Shown: positions 18,593 to 28,197, counted from the first letter of the stretch. The stretch is 64,000 bases of DNA from Candidatus Undinarchaeota archaeon (GCA_964567575.1 CAZMMZ010000002.1:14254-78253), one strand, 5' to 3'. Notes: generated by a model not told the origin, from the sequence alone. Numbers and translations: made by a program.

Positions 18593-19465
18593 TTATCTAA
18601 AAATTTTATCAAGTTTTATATCAAAGAAACAAATTTTCCCAGCGTTTGGATAATTATAATCAACAATAATATTTTCCTCATCTGCGTTTGTAACTACCCC
18701 GCCAATAATATTTCCATTCTCATTTTTTCTTATAGTTGCTCCAAGTTCTGGTTGATGTTTAATAATAATTCTAGATTCTGTGATGTTAAGAACTTTAATT
18801 GGCCACCAAACAAGCAACGGATTATAATAAAAGGAATCCAAAACAGGCAGTTGCTCTAACCGTGCTTCTCCAAAATCTCGATTAACATCTGTCACTTTGA
18901 AGAACCACATCTTATTTTTTATTGTGATTGTATTTCCTATTTGTATATTATCATCTGTTAAAGATTCTAATTCTTCTAAGTTCATGTCAATATATTTCTT
19001 AATATCATAAACAGCCGGCATTACTTCAAGTTTTTCAGTTAAATGTTCACCAAAACAATATCGTGATTCAACTTTTTCTCCTTTAAGTTCTGATCCTTCT
19101 TTCATACCATAAACATTACTTTCAAGACCTTTCATAACTTGATTTTCTCCCAAAACAAATTCAATTGTATCTGTACCAAAATTTTCCCCATCTTCAAATG
19201 AACCACTATATGTAACTCTAACTTTATCTCCTATTTCCGCTACTGGAGAACGTAGTAATGCAAATGCAAAAACAGCTCCTAAAAGAACAATAAAAATTAC
19301 TGTGATATAAAGATAAGGAAATTTTTTCTTTTTCTCTTGAATTTTTTTCTTTAAATTAGAACCTGCTATTTTTTCAATAACTTGGCTTATATCCTTCTCA
19401 ATTTTAATTGCAAGATCTTTGTTTTTTGTAGAGGATTTTTTCTCCGAAGATTTCTTCTTTGCCAT
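18593..19465 (-). CDS. Membrane-anchored FKBP-type peptidyl-prolyl isomerase-like protein
   Basis: A basic N-terminus is followed by one TM helix. The FKBP-like core is VRVTYSGSFEDGENFGTDTIEFVLGENQVMKGLESNVYGMKEGSEL. Confidence 0.55.
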   Translation of the reverse strand: MAKKKSSEKKSSTKNKDLAIKIEKDISQVIEKIAGSNLKKKIQEKKKKFPYLYITVIFIVLLGAVFAFALLRSPVAEIGDKVRVTYSGSFEDGENFGTDTIEFVLGENQVMKGLESNVYGMKEGSELKGEKVESRYCFGEHLTEKLEVMPAVYDIKKYIDMNLEELESLTDDNIQIGNTITIKNKMWFFKVTDVNRDFGEARLEQLPVLDSFYYNPLLVWWPIKVLNITESRIIIKHQPELGATIRKNENGNIIGGVVTNADEENIIVDYNYPNAGKICFFDIKLDKIFR

Positions 19466-19515
19466 AGTAGAATCGTTAAAACTAATTCGCTTTTAAATAT
19501 TGTGTATAACTAAAA

Positions 19516-20886
19516 TTACATGCCTGGAACTCGACCTTTGAGCATTTTCATCATTTTTCCCATTGATCGTTTATTTCCGCCAACTTGCTTCATCATTTTT
19601 TTGCTGAGTTTATATTGTTTCAAAAGCATTCTAACTTCTTCAACTGATGCTCCGGCACCGGCTGCAATTCTTTTGACACGAGAACCGCTAATAACATCTG
19701 GATTTTCCATTTCATCTTTTGTCATGGATTCCATAATCACAGTGAAGCGCTTAATCTTTTCTTCAGACATTTGCATCTGATCTTTTGGAATTGCTCCTCC
19801 GAGAGGAAGCATGTCAAAAATTTTGCTGAGAGATCCCATTTTTTTCATACTCTGCATTTGCTTATAGAGATCTTTTAATGTGAATTTTCCTTTTGCAAAC
19901 TCCTTTGCTTGTTGTTCCATTCCTTCTTGATCTTCATCTTCATAAATCTCTTTGATTTTTTTAGCAAGGGATTCAAGATCCCCCATTCCAAGAAGTTTTT
20001 CAATAAATTTTGTTGGATTGAATTCTTCAAACTCGCTGATGCTTTCTCCAGTACCAACAAATTTAATTGGAACGCCAAGAGTTGAACAAGCAGATAATGC
20101 TCCACCACCTTTTGCACTTGAATCAAGTTTTGTGAGAATAACACCTGTTACACCAACAGTTTCATTAAAAGCGCGAGCTTGCTGTGCAGCTTTTTGACCA
20201 ACATCAGCGGGCATTATCAAAAGTTTTTCATCTGGTTTAAAATAATCATTAATTTTCTTTAATTCTTCTGTTAATTCTTTGTCAATAACGCTTCTTCCTT
20301 CTTCATCTTGTGTTAGAGCATCACGACCAGCCGAATCAACAAGAACAACATCAGCGTCTTTCGTTTTGTCAATATTATCTTTTATAATTTGAACCGGATC
20401 TTTTCCACCACCAAAAACCGGGATTTGATTTTCTTCACCAAGTTGCTTTAACTGCTCATAAGCAGCAGGTCTCCAAGTATCTGTGGAAATCATTACAACT
20501 TTCAAACCTTTTTTCTTCAAATATTTACCAAGCTTTGCAGTTGTTGTAGTTTTACCAGAACCAAAAAGACCAACAAGCATAATTTTTCCTTTGTCCTTTA
20601 ATTCGAGTTTTCCTGCTTCGCCAGCAAGCGATGTCATAAGTTCTTCATATACAATATTTACAATATGTTCACGTTTTGAAAGTCCAGTTTTTGGTTTTTC
20701 TTCCGAAGATCTTTTTTTAATATTCTCCGAAAGTTGGAAAACAAGCTTAACATTTACATCAGCAGCTAAAAGTGCGCGTTGAATTTCTTTTACTGTAGTT
20801 TCAAGAGTTTCTTTGTCAATATACCCGGCTCTCGCTATTTTTCGCAAACTTTCCCGCAATGCACTACCTAGCTTATCAAGTACCAT
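19516..20886 (-). CDS. srp54: Signal recognition particle protein SRP54
   Basis: It has an NG domain (GLFGSGKTTTTAKL, DTWRPAA, DSAGR, TKLDSSAKGG) and a Met-rich M domain. The true start is MVLDKLGS at 20886, so the track ORF to 21018 is over-extended. Confidence 0.9.
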   Translation of the reverse strand: MVLDKLGSALRESLRKIARAGYIDKETLETTVKEIQRALLAADVNVKLVFQLSENIKKRSSEEKPKTGLSKREHIVNIVYEELMTSLAGEAGKLELKDKGKIMLVGLFGSGKTTTTAKLGKYLKKKGLKVVMISTDTWRPAAYEQLKQLGEENQIPVFGGGKDPVQIIKDNIDKTKDADVVLVDSAGRDALTQDEEGRSVIDKELTEELKKINDYFKPDEKLLIMPADVGQKAAQQARAFNETVGVTGVILTKLDSSAKGGGALSACSTLGVPIKFVGTGESISEFEEFNPTKFIEKLLGMGDLESLAKKIKEIYEDEDQEGMEQQAKEFAKGKFTLKDLYKQMQSMKKMGSLSKIFDMLPLGGAIPKDQMQMSEEKIKRFTVIMESMTKDEMENPDVISGSRVKRIAAGAGASVEEVRMLLKQYKLSKKMMKQVGGNKRSMGKMMKMLKGRVPGM

Positions 20887-21184
20887 GGTGTATCCTCTTA
20901 ATATTTCTATTAATATTTGTTGTGGTTGCTGATTTTGTAAGTGAAAATGTTTATAAGTACTTGCAACACTGAAAAGCTGAGGGGATAATGTTGGATGAGG
21001 AGAGAGAGTTAGGTCCAATTACAGGATTAAGAGCAGGCCTTGCAGGGGTTATGGTTCTTTTTTTAATTTTACTTATGATATACTATACATTTTGGCCAAT
21101 TGTTAAGATAGCTATCGGTTTTCTTCCAACATTATAATTTTAAAGTAACGAAAAGTATATAACGCATTTTTTGACAAAAACACT

Positions 21185-21739
21185 ATGCAATCTGGAAAAC
21201 ATATACTCATAAGTGCTGTAGCTGGAATCGCATTATTCTATTTACTCGGAATGCCAATTTTTTCAAAAGAGCTTGCAATAATTGTAGTCTTTGGATTTTT
21301 AATTGATTTAGATCATTTGTTTAATCAAATGTGGAAAGGTAATCTAAGAAATCCCCCAATAATGATACGCGAATGGGAAGCAACTGCTGAAGCTCATACT
21401 GGAGAACTTTATGTATTTCATTCTTACGAATTCATTGCAATAATTGGAGTTACAAGTATATTTTTCCCAATAATGCGTTTTGCACTTGTTGGATTAGTAT
21501 TACACTTTTTTTGTGATGCAATTGTAAATTACAAATCCACGCGTACGTTTGAATGGGTGGAAGATTATTCAGCAATATACACCTTTTACACAATGCGTCA
21601 CTACAATGTTGAAAAAAGACTTTTTAGATCATTCAAAAAAATGATTCACCCAAAAACAATTCCACATATTGTTATGATCTATCTTATCTATGTTTATACA
21701 CATCCAAATCAATTCTTGAAATGGTTTCTTTTTAAGTAA
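21185..21739 (+). CDS. Integral membrane protein, possibly a DUF457/YdjM-like metal-dependent membrane hydrolase
   Basis: 184 aa with 4-5 TM helices and a LIDLDHL motif. Confidence 0.35.
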   Translation: MQSGKHILISAVAGIALFYLLGMPIFSKELAIIVVFGFLIDLDHLFNQMWKGNLRNPPIMIREWEATAEAHTGELYVFHSYEFIAIIGVTSIFFPIMRFALVGLVLHFFCDAIVNYKSTRTFEWVEDYSAIYTFYTMRHYNVEKRLFRSFKKMIHPKTIPHIVMIYLIYVYTHPNQFLKWFLFK

Positions 21740-21750
21740 TTGAAAAGCTA

Positions 21751-21756
21751 TTTATA
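21751..21756 (+). promoter_or_regulatory. TATA box (TTTATA) 26-31 nt upstream of the tRNA-Val 5' end
   Basis: The spacing is classic for an archaeal tRNA promoter. Read directly from the sequence. Confidence 0.5.
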
Positions 21757-21781
21757 CAAAACATCCAATGGATTATTCCAC

Positions 21782-21854
21782 GGGCCCATGGTCTAGTGGC
21801 TATGTCGTCGCCTTCACATGGCGAAGGTCGTCGGTTCAATTCCGACTGGGCCCA
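21782..21854 (+). tRNA. tRNA-Val (anticodon CAC); no encoded CCA
   Basis: Manual fold: a 7-bp acceptor stem (GGGCCCA/TGGGCCC), a 5-bp anticodon stem (TCGCC/GGCGA), a loop TTCACAT, a T arm (GTCGG/CCGAC) with loop TTCAATT, and discriminator A. The D stem has one mismatch. Confidence 0.8.
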
Positions 21855-21862
21855 TTAATAAA

Positions 21863-22039
21863 ATGACAACTTGTACCAAATGTAAACTCGAAATATCACA
21901 AGCCGAGCTTGTGAACTGTTCAGAATGCAATACTGAGTTGCACAAAAAGTGCTCCCGCAAATACGGTGATAAACGATACTGCCGGAAATGCCGCAAACTA
22001 ATTGCTGAAGATAATCCAACCTGGATTGGAATGGAATGA
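21863..22039 (+). CDS. Small zinc-ribbon protein (58 aa)
   Basis: Cys pairs CTKC...CSEC...CRKC. The ATG lies 9 nt after the tRNA 3' end. The track ORF start at 21818 lies inside the tRNA and is rejected. Confidence 0.45.
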   Translation: MTTCTKCKLEISQAELVNCSECNTELHKKCSRKYGDKRYCRKCRKLIAEDNPTWIGME

Positions 22040-22341
22040 AAAACAAACCATCAAGGCAAAGTATTGTAGAACAGATTAAGAATTTATTTAAGCGTGCTGA
22101 GGATATTGCCGATAAGAAACCTGATGTATCAAAACGCACTGTTAAAAAAGCGCGTGCAGTCGGGATGAAACATCGCGTTCACATGCCAAAAGAAGTGAAG
22201 CACAAATATTGTAAGAAGTGCAATACTTTTTTGAAACCTGGAGTTAATTGCACTATTCGTTTAAATCAAAAAAAACAACCGCACCGTGTGATAACTTGCA
22301 AAGAGTGCGGGGCGATTATGAGAGTTCCATACAAAAAATAA
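22036..22341 (+). CDS. rnp4: RNase P protein component 4 (Rpp21/Rpr2 family)
   Basis: 101 aa. A basic N-terminus is followed by a zinc ribbon YCKKCNTFLKPGVNCTIRL...ITCKECG. Confidence 0.7.
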   Translation: MKNKPSRQSIVEQIKNLFKRAEDIADKKPDVSKRTVKKARAVGMKHRVHMPKEVKHKYCKKCNTFLKPGVNCTIRLNQKKQPHRVITCKECGAIMRVPYKK

Positions 22342-22695
22342 TTAATACATTAGTTCTTCAAAAGGTATGTTTATTTCATTATTCAATATGAACAAATGAA
22401 GTAAAAACAATAACACCGGCTGCAATAACACCTGTCAATCCCGTGAGCCACAGAGTTGATTCTGGTAGGAATTCAAGACTTATTACACCCATTGCGGAAA
22501 GTCCAAGAATTGCTATTATTGCTGCAATAACCAGTTGTATGATTATTACTACCTATTTAATTTCCATTGTATTCTCCAATTCTTTGTTTTTCTTTTTAAA
22601 CTTGTCTATCTCATAACAAACCTTATAAACACCTTATCCGATGAATTGTTCACCAATGGGGATTGGTTTTAACTCCGCAGCGGGAGAAATATAAT

Positions 22696-23289
22696 ATGGT
22701 AAATGCATATGACGTACCTGCATCAGATCTTATTGATGCAGTTGCAAAAGAACTAAAAAAGAATGACGCAATGAAACCACCAGAATGGATGGTTTATGCT
22801 AAGTCTGGTGCTCATGCAGAGCGACCACCACAAGATGATGACTTTTGGTATATTCGAGGAGCTTCAATTCTACGTAAGATTTACGTTAGAGGAACTCTTG
22901 GAACTGAAAGACTTCGAACAGAATATGGTGGAAAGAAAAATCGAGGATCAAAACCAGAACAACATAGAAAATCTAGTGGTTCTGTAATCAGAAAACTTCT
23001 TCAACAACTTGAAGCAGCTGGTTATTTAAAGAAAGAAAAAGTTGGACGCGTTATTTCGCCAACAGGACAAAAACTTCTTGACAATACAGCATATGCTGTG
23101 TTCAAAAAACCAAAGACAAAAGAAGAAGCAGTCGTTGCAGTTAAAGAAAAGGCAAAAGAAATCGCAGAAAAACTTCCTGAAGAAAAACAAGATAAGCCAA
23201 AAATAAAAGAAGAGAAACCAAAAAAAGAAAAGAAAGAAGAAAAGGAAGCAAAACCTGAGAAAAAAGAAAAGCCAAAGAAAAAAGAGTAA
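22696..23289 (+). CDS. rps19e: Ribosomal protein S19e with a KEKP-rich C-terminal extension
   Basis: MVNAYDVPASDLIDAVAKELKK...WYIRGASILRKIYVRG. The start is taken at the second Met. Confidence 0.85.
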   Translation: MVNAYDVPASDLIDAVAKELKKNDAMKPPEWMVYAKSGAHAERPPQDDDFWYIRGASILRKIYVRGTLGTERLRTEYGGKKNRGSKPEQHRKSSGSVIRKLLQQLEAAGYLKKEKVGRVISPTGQKLLDNTAYAVFKKPKTKEEAVVAVKEKAKEIAEKLPEEKQDKPKIKEEKPKKEKKEEKEAKPEKKEKPKKKE

Positions 23290-23299
23290 ACTTATTCTA

Positions 23300-23674
23300 A
23301 TGAACGAACAAGAACTTGAAGCAATTAGGCAGAAGAAGCTTGCAGAATTACAAGAGCAGCAAGCAGTAGCTCAACAACACGCTCAGCAAGAAGCTTCTGC
23401 TAAACATCAGGTTGAAACTGTTCTCAAACAAATTCTTACACCAGATGCGTGGGAACAATGGAATAATCTAAAATATCGAGATACAATCTCTAGAACTGGC
23501 AATGCGCATCGTGTAGCTATTCTTCTTATTCAAGCTGTCCAAACTGGACAAGTTCAAGGCAAAATTAACAAAGAGCAATTAAAGAAATTTTTAAGTATTG
23601 TTCAAGAAAAAACACATAGAGAAATTAATATCAAAGGTCTTTCAGATAAATTCCGCACTCCGAAAAAAGACTAA
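23300..23674 (+). CDS. PDCD5/TFAR19-like dsDNA-binding protein
   Basis: 124 aa with a pattern of helices matching the archaeal DNA-binding protein usually encoded next to S19e. Confidence 0.65.
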   Translation: MNEQELEAIRQKKLAELQEQQAVAQQHAQQEASAKHQVETVLKQILTPDAWEQWNNLKYRDTISRTGNAHRVAILLIQAVQTGQVQGKINKEQLKKFLSIVQEKTHREINIKGLSDKFRTPKKD

Positions 23675-23700
23675 GTAAATAATTTTTTACAATAATTCTT

Positions 23701-23868
23701 CTATTTCATATGTGGGATAAGTAAACCAATTACTACTCCAAGAACTATTCCAACTGGAATACAGGTATACAAACTTTTGTTTGCAATTATTCCAAATACA
23801 ATACCTGCAGCAGTTCCTAACGCAGCACCAATGGCAATCCCATAAGCAACTTTCTCATCCATATCCAT
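23701..23868 (-). CDS. Small hydrophobic protein (55 aa, 2 TM); unannotated in the track
   Basis: The minus-strand ORF encodes MDMDEKVAYGIAIGAALGTAAGIVFGIIANKSLYTCIPVGIVLGVVIGLLIPHMK. Confidence 0.3.
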   Translation of the reverse strand: MDMDEKVAYGIAIGAALGTAAGIVFGIIANKSLYTCIPVGIVLGVVIGLLIPHMK

Positions 23869-23901
23869 CAAAAAAGGTAGTTAATGTGGCTTTATAAGTC
23901 T

Positions 23902-24702
23902 TTATTTATGGCAATATCTTAAAATTGTTCTTTTTTGCTTAGCAGTAATGGATTCAAGAACACGCTTTACTGTACTTAATGATGATCTAAGTTTTTCAAT
24001 AACCATACTTTTAAAATTAATTAATTTTTGATTTCCAACAACATTAATTGCTTTTTCTAAATCCTGTTCTAATGCATTAAGGAGATTGTTTGCATATGGT
24101 AAATTATTATATATCTCAATATTGTTTTTCACTCCATTGAACATTGTTTCAATATTATTCAGGAAATCCTCAATTACAATTGAAAAAACGCGTCCTAGAA
24201 TCTTTTTTTCTCCTTGTAATTCTGCTTTAGCTTTAATGACATTATCTAAACAGGTTTCCATTATTGTAACGACTTTCGTATACTCTTCATTCTTAAATTC
24301 TGTTTTCGCTTCTTTAACGTCATCTAGAAAAACATCCAAAGATCTGAGAATTCTGCTTATGATTTCAGCTTTTTTCCGAGCTTTTTCATCTTTTGTCATA
24401 TCTTTGAAATCAATTTCTTTTTCTGTAGAAGTTGCGGATTTTGAATCTTCATCCCCACTAAAGAAGAAATCCCCTGCTTTCTTTAATTTTCCACCAGAAC
24501 CGCTAAACAAACTACCACTACTTCCGCCTGATGATGTTTTTGTACTGATTTTTTTATTTTTAACCAATTTAAACAATACAATAATAAGAATAATTGCTAC
24601 AACACCACCAATTGCCCATGGTGCATATGTTTTTGCTTGAGCTCCAGTTATTCCTAAATTTGGAAAACCTGCAGAACCGCCCCAGCGTGGATCAGTAGCC
24701 AT
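23902..24702 (-). CDS. N-terminally membrane-anchored protein with Gly/Ser-rich linker and coiled-coil-like C-terminal domain; unknown
   Basis: 266 aa. There is one TM helix (VVAIILIIVLF) followed by a GGSSGSLFSGSGG linker. Confidence 0.4.
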   Translation of the reverse strand: MATDPRWGGSAGFPNLGITGAQAKTYAPWAIGGVVAIILIIVLFKLVKNKKISTKTSSGGSSGSLFSGSGGKLKKAGDFFFSGDEDSKSATSTEKEIDFKDMTKDEKARKKAEIISRILRSLDVFLDDVKEAKTEFKNEEYTKVVTIMETCLDNVIKAKAELQGEKKILGRVFSIVIEDFLNNIETMFNGVKNNIEIYNNLPYANNLLNALEQDLEKAINVVGNQKLINFKSMVIEKLRSSLSTVKRVLESITAKQKRTILRYCHK

Positions 24703-24789
24703 GCTCTACTTGTGTATCTCCTTGTTTATAAATTCTGTTGAATGCAACCAAAATGCCTATATACCTCTGTAAAAACATTTCTTGCACTT

Positions 24790-25404
24790 ATGAAAGCAAT
24801 ATTGCTATACTCAGGAGGTAAGGACTCTTCACTTGTAGCTCATTTGCTAAAGCAGCTCGGTTATGAAATCACTTGCGTTACAGCGAATTTCGGAGCTGAT
24901 CCTGAATGTGTTAAAGTAGCAGGCAATGTTGCAAAAACATTTGGATACAAACACGAAGTTCTAGAAATGCCAAAAGAAATACTCGAAAAAGGAGTTGATA
25001 TGTGTCTTGAAGCTGGTTATGGTAGGCCAGGCATCAATTATATTCATCATGAAGTTCTTGAGAAAACTTGTGAGAAATATAGTAAAGATTATCTTGTAAT
25101 TGCTGATGGTTGCAGACGCGATGATAAGACTCCAAAAATAACATATCCAGAAACTCAAAGCTTAGAAGCACGTCATAAAATTCAATATTTTTGTCCGCTA
25201 AATGGCTTCCCGCACGCCACCATAAAGTATTTAACAGACAATCTCTTCGAAATAGAAGTAATTAAGGCAGGAGCTGTGCCGACTTCTGAATATGAAACTG
25301 AAATACGCGCTATACTAAGCGCTCGCGGCGAAGATCCTACAAAAATATTTCCAAATCATCATACTCATACAATAGTTAAAGGTTACAAAAATGGCAGCAC
25401 ATAA
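24790..25404 (+). CDS. PP-loop ATPase of the MJ0570/Dph6 (diphthine-ammonia ligase) family
   Basis: The N-terminus [20 protein letters not shown] carries the SGGxDS PP-loop. The protein is about 205 aa. Confidence 0.6.
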   Translation: MKAILLYSGGKDSSLVAHLLKQLGYEITCVTANFGADPECVKVAGNVAKTFGYKHEVLEMPKEILEKGVDMCLEAGYGRPGINYIHHEVLEKTCEKYSKDYLVIADGCRRDDKTPKITYPETQSLEARHKIQYFCPLNGFPHATIKYLTDNLFEIEVIKAGAVPTSEYETEIRAILSARGEDPTKIFPNHHTHTIVKGYKNGST

Positions 25405-25546
25405 ACATCTAAGTTACAAGCTTCGGCTTGGGAAAAGAGAGAAACAAAACAGAATTGTTCCACTGTGGACTATAATGAAAACAAAGAGAAAAGTACGATC
25501 TCACCCACAACGAAGATATTGGAGAGCTTCAAAATTAAAGGTATAA
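25391..25546 (+). CDS. rpl39e: Ribosomal protein L39e (51 aa); unannotated in the track
   Basis: The translation is [51 protein letters not shown]. It overlaps the last 14 nt of the upstream PP-loop gene in another frame. Confidence 0.75.
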   Translation: MAAHKHLSYKLRLGKREKQNRIVPLWTIMKTKRKVRSHPQRRYWRASKLKV

Positions 25547-25550
25547 TCAA

Positions 25551-26027
25551 ATGGTAGATGAAGAAATAAAACCAAACAAGGAAGTTCAAGCAAAAGAACA
25601 GGACAAAAAGGCAGCTGAAGCTGTAGAGAAAAAGGAAAAGAAACAGGAAAAACCAGTTCCTAAAAAAGAAGAAAAGAAAGAAAAACCAAAAAAAGAATCA
25701 ATTCTTGCTCAAGCAAAGCAAATGGCTCAAGCAAAGAAAACTGGAAAAGCCCCTGCAAAAGAAGACCCAAAAAAAGAAGTTAAGAAAGGTCCAGCACGCG
25801 TTTATACAATCTCACTCAAAAAATGCAGACCCCGAACTAAAAAAGTAAGGAAAGCAGTTATACAAATTAAAAACTTTGTGCTTAAGCATACAAAACAAGA
25901 GCCAGTAATTGACCAAGAACTTAATGAGTTGCTTTGGTCACATGGCAAAGAAAAACCACCTGCACGAATTCGCGTTTCTGTTGAGACAACTGATGATGGA
26001 AAATCTTTTGTTAGTCTCAAAAAATAA
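25551..26027 (+). CDS. rpl31e: Ribosomal protein L31e with a ~65 aa K/E-rich N-terminal extension
   Basis: The core is RVYTISLKK...PRTKKVRKAVIQIKNFVLKH...ELNELLWSHGKEKPPARIRV. Confidence 0.8.
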   Translation: MVDEEIKPNKEVQAKEQDKKAAEAVEKKEKKQEKPVPKKEEKKEKPKKESILAQAKQMAQAKKTGKAPAKEDPKKEVKKGPARVYTISLKKCRPRTKKVRKAVIQIKNFVLKHTKQEPVIDQELNELLWSHGKEKPPARIRVSVETTDDGKSFVSLKK

Positions 26028-26037
26028 GGAGTAAAAA

Positions 26038-26343
26038 ATGAAAAATTTCAAAGTTACAGGCAATTACTTTTACAGACAAGACACATACCCTTTTACTAAA
26101 ACAGTTACATCTGAAAACGAGGATGCTGCTCGCGAAAAAGTTTACATGCTTATGGGATCAAATCATAAACTTAAACGAGGAGAAATGGAAATTACTGAAG
26201 TTGAATCTATTAAATCTGAATCAAAACCAGTAACAAAATCAAAAGAAGAAAAACCTCCTGAAAAAGTTGAAGAAAAAACAGAAGAGCCAGTTCCTGAAGA
26301 ACCAAAAGAAGAAGCCCCTGTTGAAACTCCAAAAGCTGAATAA
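26038..26343 (+). CDS. rplX: Ribosomal protein LX (L18Ae/L20A family) with an acidic P/E/K-rich C-terminal tail
   Basis: The N-terminus MKNFKVTGNYF...AREKVYMLMGSNHKLKRGEMEI matches the LX pattern. Its position between L31e and prefoldin alpha matches the conserved cluster. Confidence 0.6.
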   Translation: MKNFKVTGNYFYRQDTYPFTKTVTSENEDAAREKVYMLMGSNHKLKRGEMEITEVESIKSESKPVTKSKEEKPPEKVEEKTEEPVPEEPKEEAPVETPKAE

Positions 26344-26348
26344 TTACA

Positions 26349-26789
26349 ATGGATAAAAAAATCGACGAACAAAATTTCCAGCAAAAATATATGCAATATA
26401 ATCTTTACAAACAGCAAGCGCAGGGTTTGCTGAAAGAAATATCACTTCTTAATCAAACTATGCAGAATTTAACTATTGCACAAGAAGTTCTCACAAATTT
26501 AAATGGTGCAAAGAAAGATTCTGAAATTTTAGTTCCTGTTGGTGGAAACACATTTGTTAAAGCAAAAATAGCAGATGAAAAAAATGTTCTTTCAGGTGTC
26601 GGTGCTGATGTTATTTTGAAAAAACCAATTCCTGAAGCACTTAAAACAATTACTGAACAGCTTGAGAATTTGAAAAAGACCGGCGAAGAACTTGGAACCA
26701 AGATGAAAGAAATTGAAGATAATATGCGAGATCTTGAACCGGAAATTCAGAAGATGATGATGCAAGCTCAGAAAGAGCACAAGCATTAG
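26349..26789 (+). CDS. pfdA: Prefoldin alpha subunit
   Basis: 146 aa. Coiled coils flank a beta hairpin (ILVPVGGNTFVKAKI). Confidence 0.75.
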   Translation: MDKKIDEQNFQQKYMQYNLYKQQAQGLLKEISLLNQTMQNLTIAQEVLTNLNGAKKDSEILVPVGGNTFVKAKIADEKNVLSGVGADVILKKPIPEALKTITEQLENLKKTGEELGTKMKEIEDNMRDLEPEIQKMMMQAQKEHKH

Positions 26790-26835
26790 TTATTCCAAAA
26801 CCCTTATATGTTACTAGTTTTATCCAGCTATTACA

Positions 26836-28197
26836 ATGTTTAAGAATTTAAAGAACAAGCTCAAGAAAGCCATTTTTGGCGTCTCCAAGAAGATTGAGGA
26901 GCCCGAAGGTGAAGTAGAAGAGCAAGAAGAAGTTATTGAAGAAGAAATTCCTGAAGAACCTGAAGAAGAAAAAGTAGAAGAGGTTGTTGAAGAGCCAGCG
27001 GAGGAAGAAAAAGAAGAACCTGAGTCAGAACCAGAGCCTGAAGTTAAACCCGAACCAGAAGAAATCCCAGTTGAAGAACCAGAAGAAGTTATTGAAGAAG
27101 AAATTACTGATGAACCAGTAATTCAAGAAGAAATTCCTATTTCTGATGAAGATCAAAAATTAATTGAAGAAGCACAAAAAGAAGCTGAAGAAGAAATCAA
27201 AAAGCATAAAGAAGTTTTGAAAAAAGAAGGAGAAGGTTTTTTCAAGAAGCTTTTCAAAAAAGAGAAAAAAGAAGAGCCAAAAGAAGAACCCGCAGAAAAG
27301 CCAAAAGAAGATGCAAAACCCGAACCAAAGAAAGCAACTTTAATGGAGCGCTTGAGAAATAAGAAAATTTCTGAGAAAGATTTTGATGGGATTCTATGGG
27401 ATCTTGAACTTGCACTTGTTGAAAATGATGTTGCAAAAGAAGTTACTGAGAAAATAACAGGAGATATTAAAAAGGAGCTAATTGGTTCTGAAACATCACG
27501 TCAAAGTGTTGAGCAAATAATTACTGATGCTCTTAAAAAATCTGTTGAAGGTATTTTAGAAAAAGAATCAGTTGATGTTCTTAAATTAGTAAAAGAAAAA
27601 AGCGAGAAGCCGCATGTGATTTTGTTCTTTGGATTCAATGGCACTGGTAAAACAATGACTATTGGTAAATTCGCTAAGCTTTTGAAAGATAATGGATTGA
27701 GTTGTGTTATGGCTGCTGGTGATACTTTCAGAGCTGCAGCAATTGAACAACTTGAAGTTCATGCAAAGAATCTTGATGTTCCTATAATTAAACAAGAAAG
27801 AGGTTCTGATTCAGCTGCTGTTATTTTTGATGCAATTGCTCATGCAAAATCTAAAGGTATTGATGTTGTTCTTGCAGATACAGCAGGCCGATCTGATACT
27901 AATATTAATCTAATGGATGAGTTGAAGAAAGTTGTGCGAGTTAACAAACCTGATTTGAAGATTTTTGTTGCAGATTCACTTACTGGTAATGATGCAGCGG
28001 ATCAAGCAAAGGTTTTCCATGATGCAGTTGGTATTGATGCATCTGTGCTCACAAAAGTGGATTGTGATGCAAAAGGTGGAGCTTGTTTATCAGTATCTTA
28101 CATGACTGATGCACCTATTATTTACATTGGAACCGGGCAGGAGTACGGCGATATGGAGCCATTTAAACCTGAATGGTTCTTAGAAAAAGTTTTTTAG
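26836..28197 (+). CDS. ftsY: Signal recognition particle receptor FtsY with a ~150 aa acidic N-terminal A domain
   Basis: NG domain motifs [25 protein letters not shown] and [10 protein letters not shown] are present. Confidence 0.9.
   Translation: MFKNLKNKLKKAIFGVSKKIEEPEGEVEEQEEVIEEEIPEEPEEEKVEEVVEEPAEEEKEEPESEPEPEVKPEPEEIPVEEPEEVIEEEITDEPVIQEEIPISDEDQKLIEEAQKEAEEEIKKHKEVLKKEGEGFFKKLFKKEKKEEPKEEPAEKPKEDAKPEPKKATLMERLRNKKISEKDFDGILWDLELALVENDVAKEVTEKITGDIKKELIGSETSRQSVEQIITDALKKSVEGILEKESVDVLKLVKEKSEKPHVILFFGFNGTGKTMTIGKFAKLLKDNGLSCVMAAGDTFRAAAIEQLEVHAKNLDVPIIKQERGSDSAAVIFDAIAHAKSKGIDVVLADTAGRSDTNINLMDELKKVVRVNKPDLKIFVADSLTGNDAADQAKVFHDAVGIDASVLTKVDCDAKGGACLSVSYMTDAPIIYIGTGQEYGDMEPFKPEWFLEKVF

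Noticed and set aside
20887-21018. 132-nt N-terminal extension of SRP54 in the track ORF
   Set aside because: SRP54 homologues begin MVLD..LG, which here is at 20886. The extension is low-complexity and overlaps a divergent promoter region.
21782-21854. Possible tRNA intron or non-tRNA structured RNA
   Set aside because: The sequence folds into a standard 73-nt cloverleaf with a 7-nt anticodon loop. There is no intron, and the only irregularity is a single D-stem mismatch.
21818-22039. Track ORF starting inside the tRNA-Val gene
   Set aside because: Its first 15 codons are the 3' half of the tRNA. The real CDS most likely starts at the ATG at 21863.
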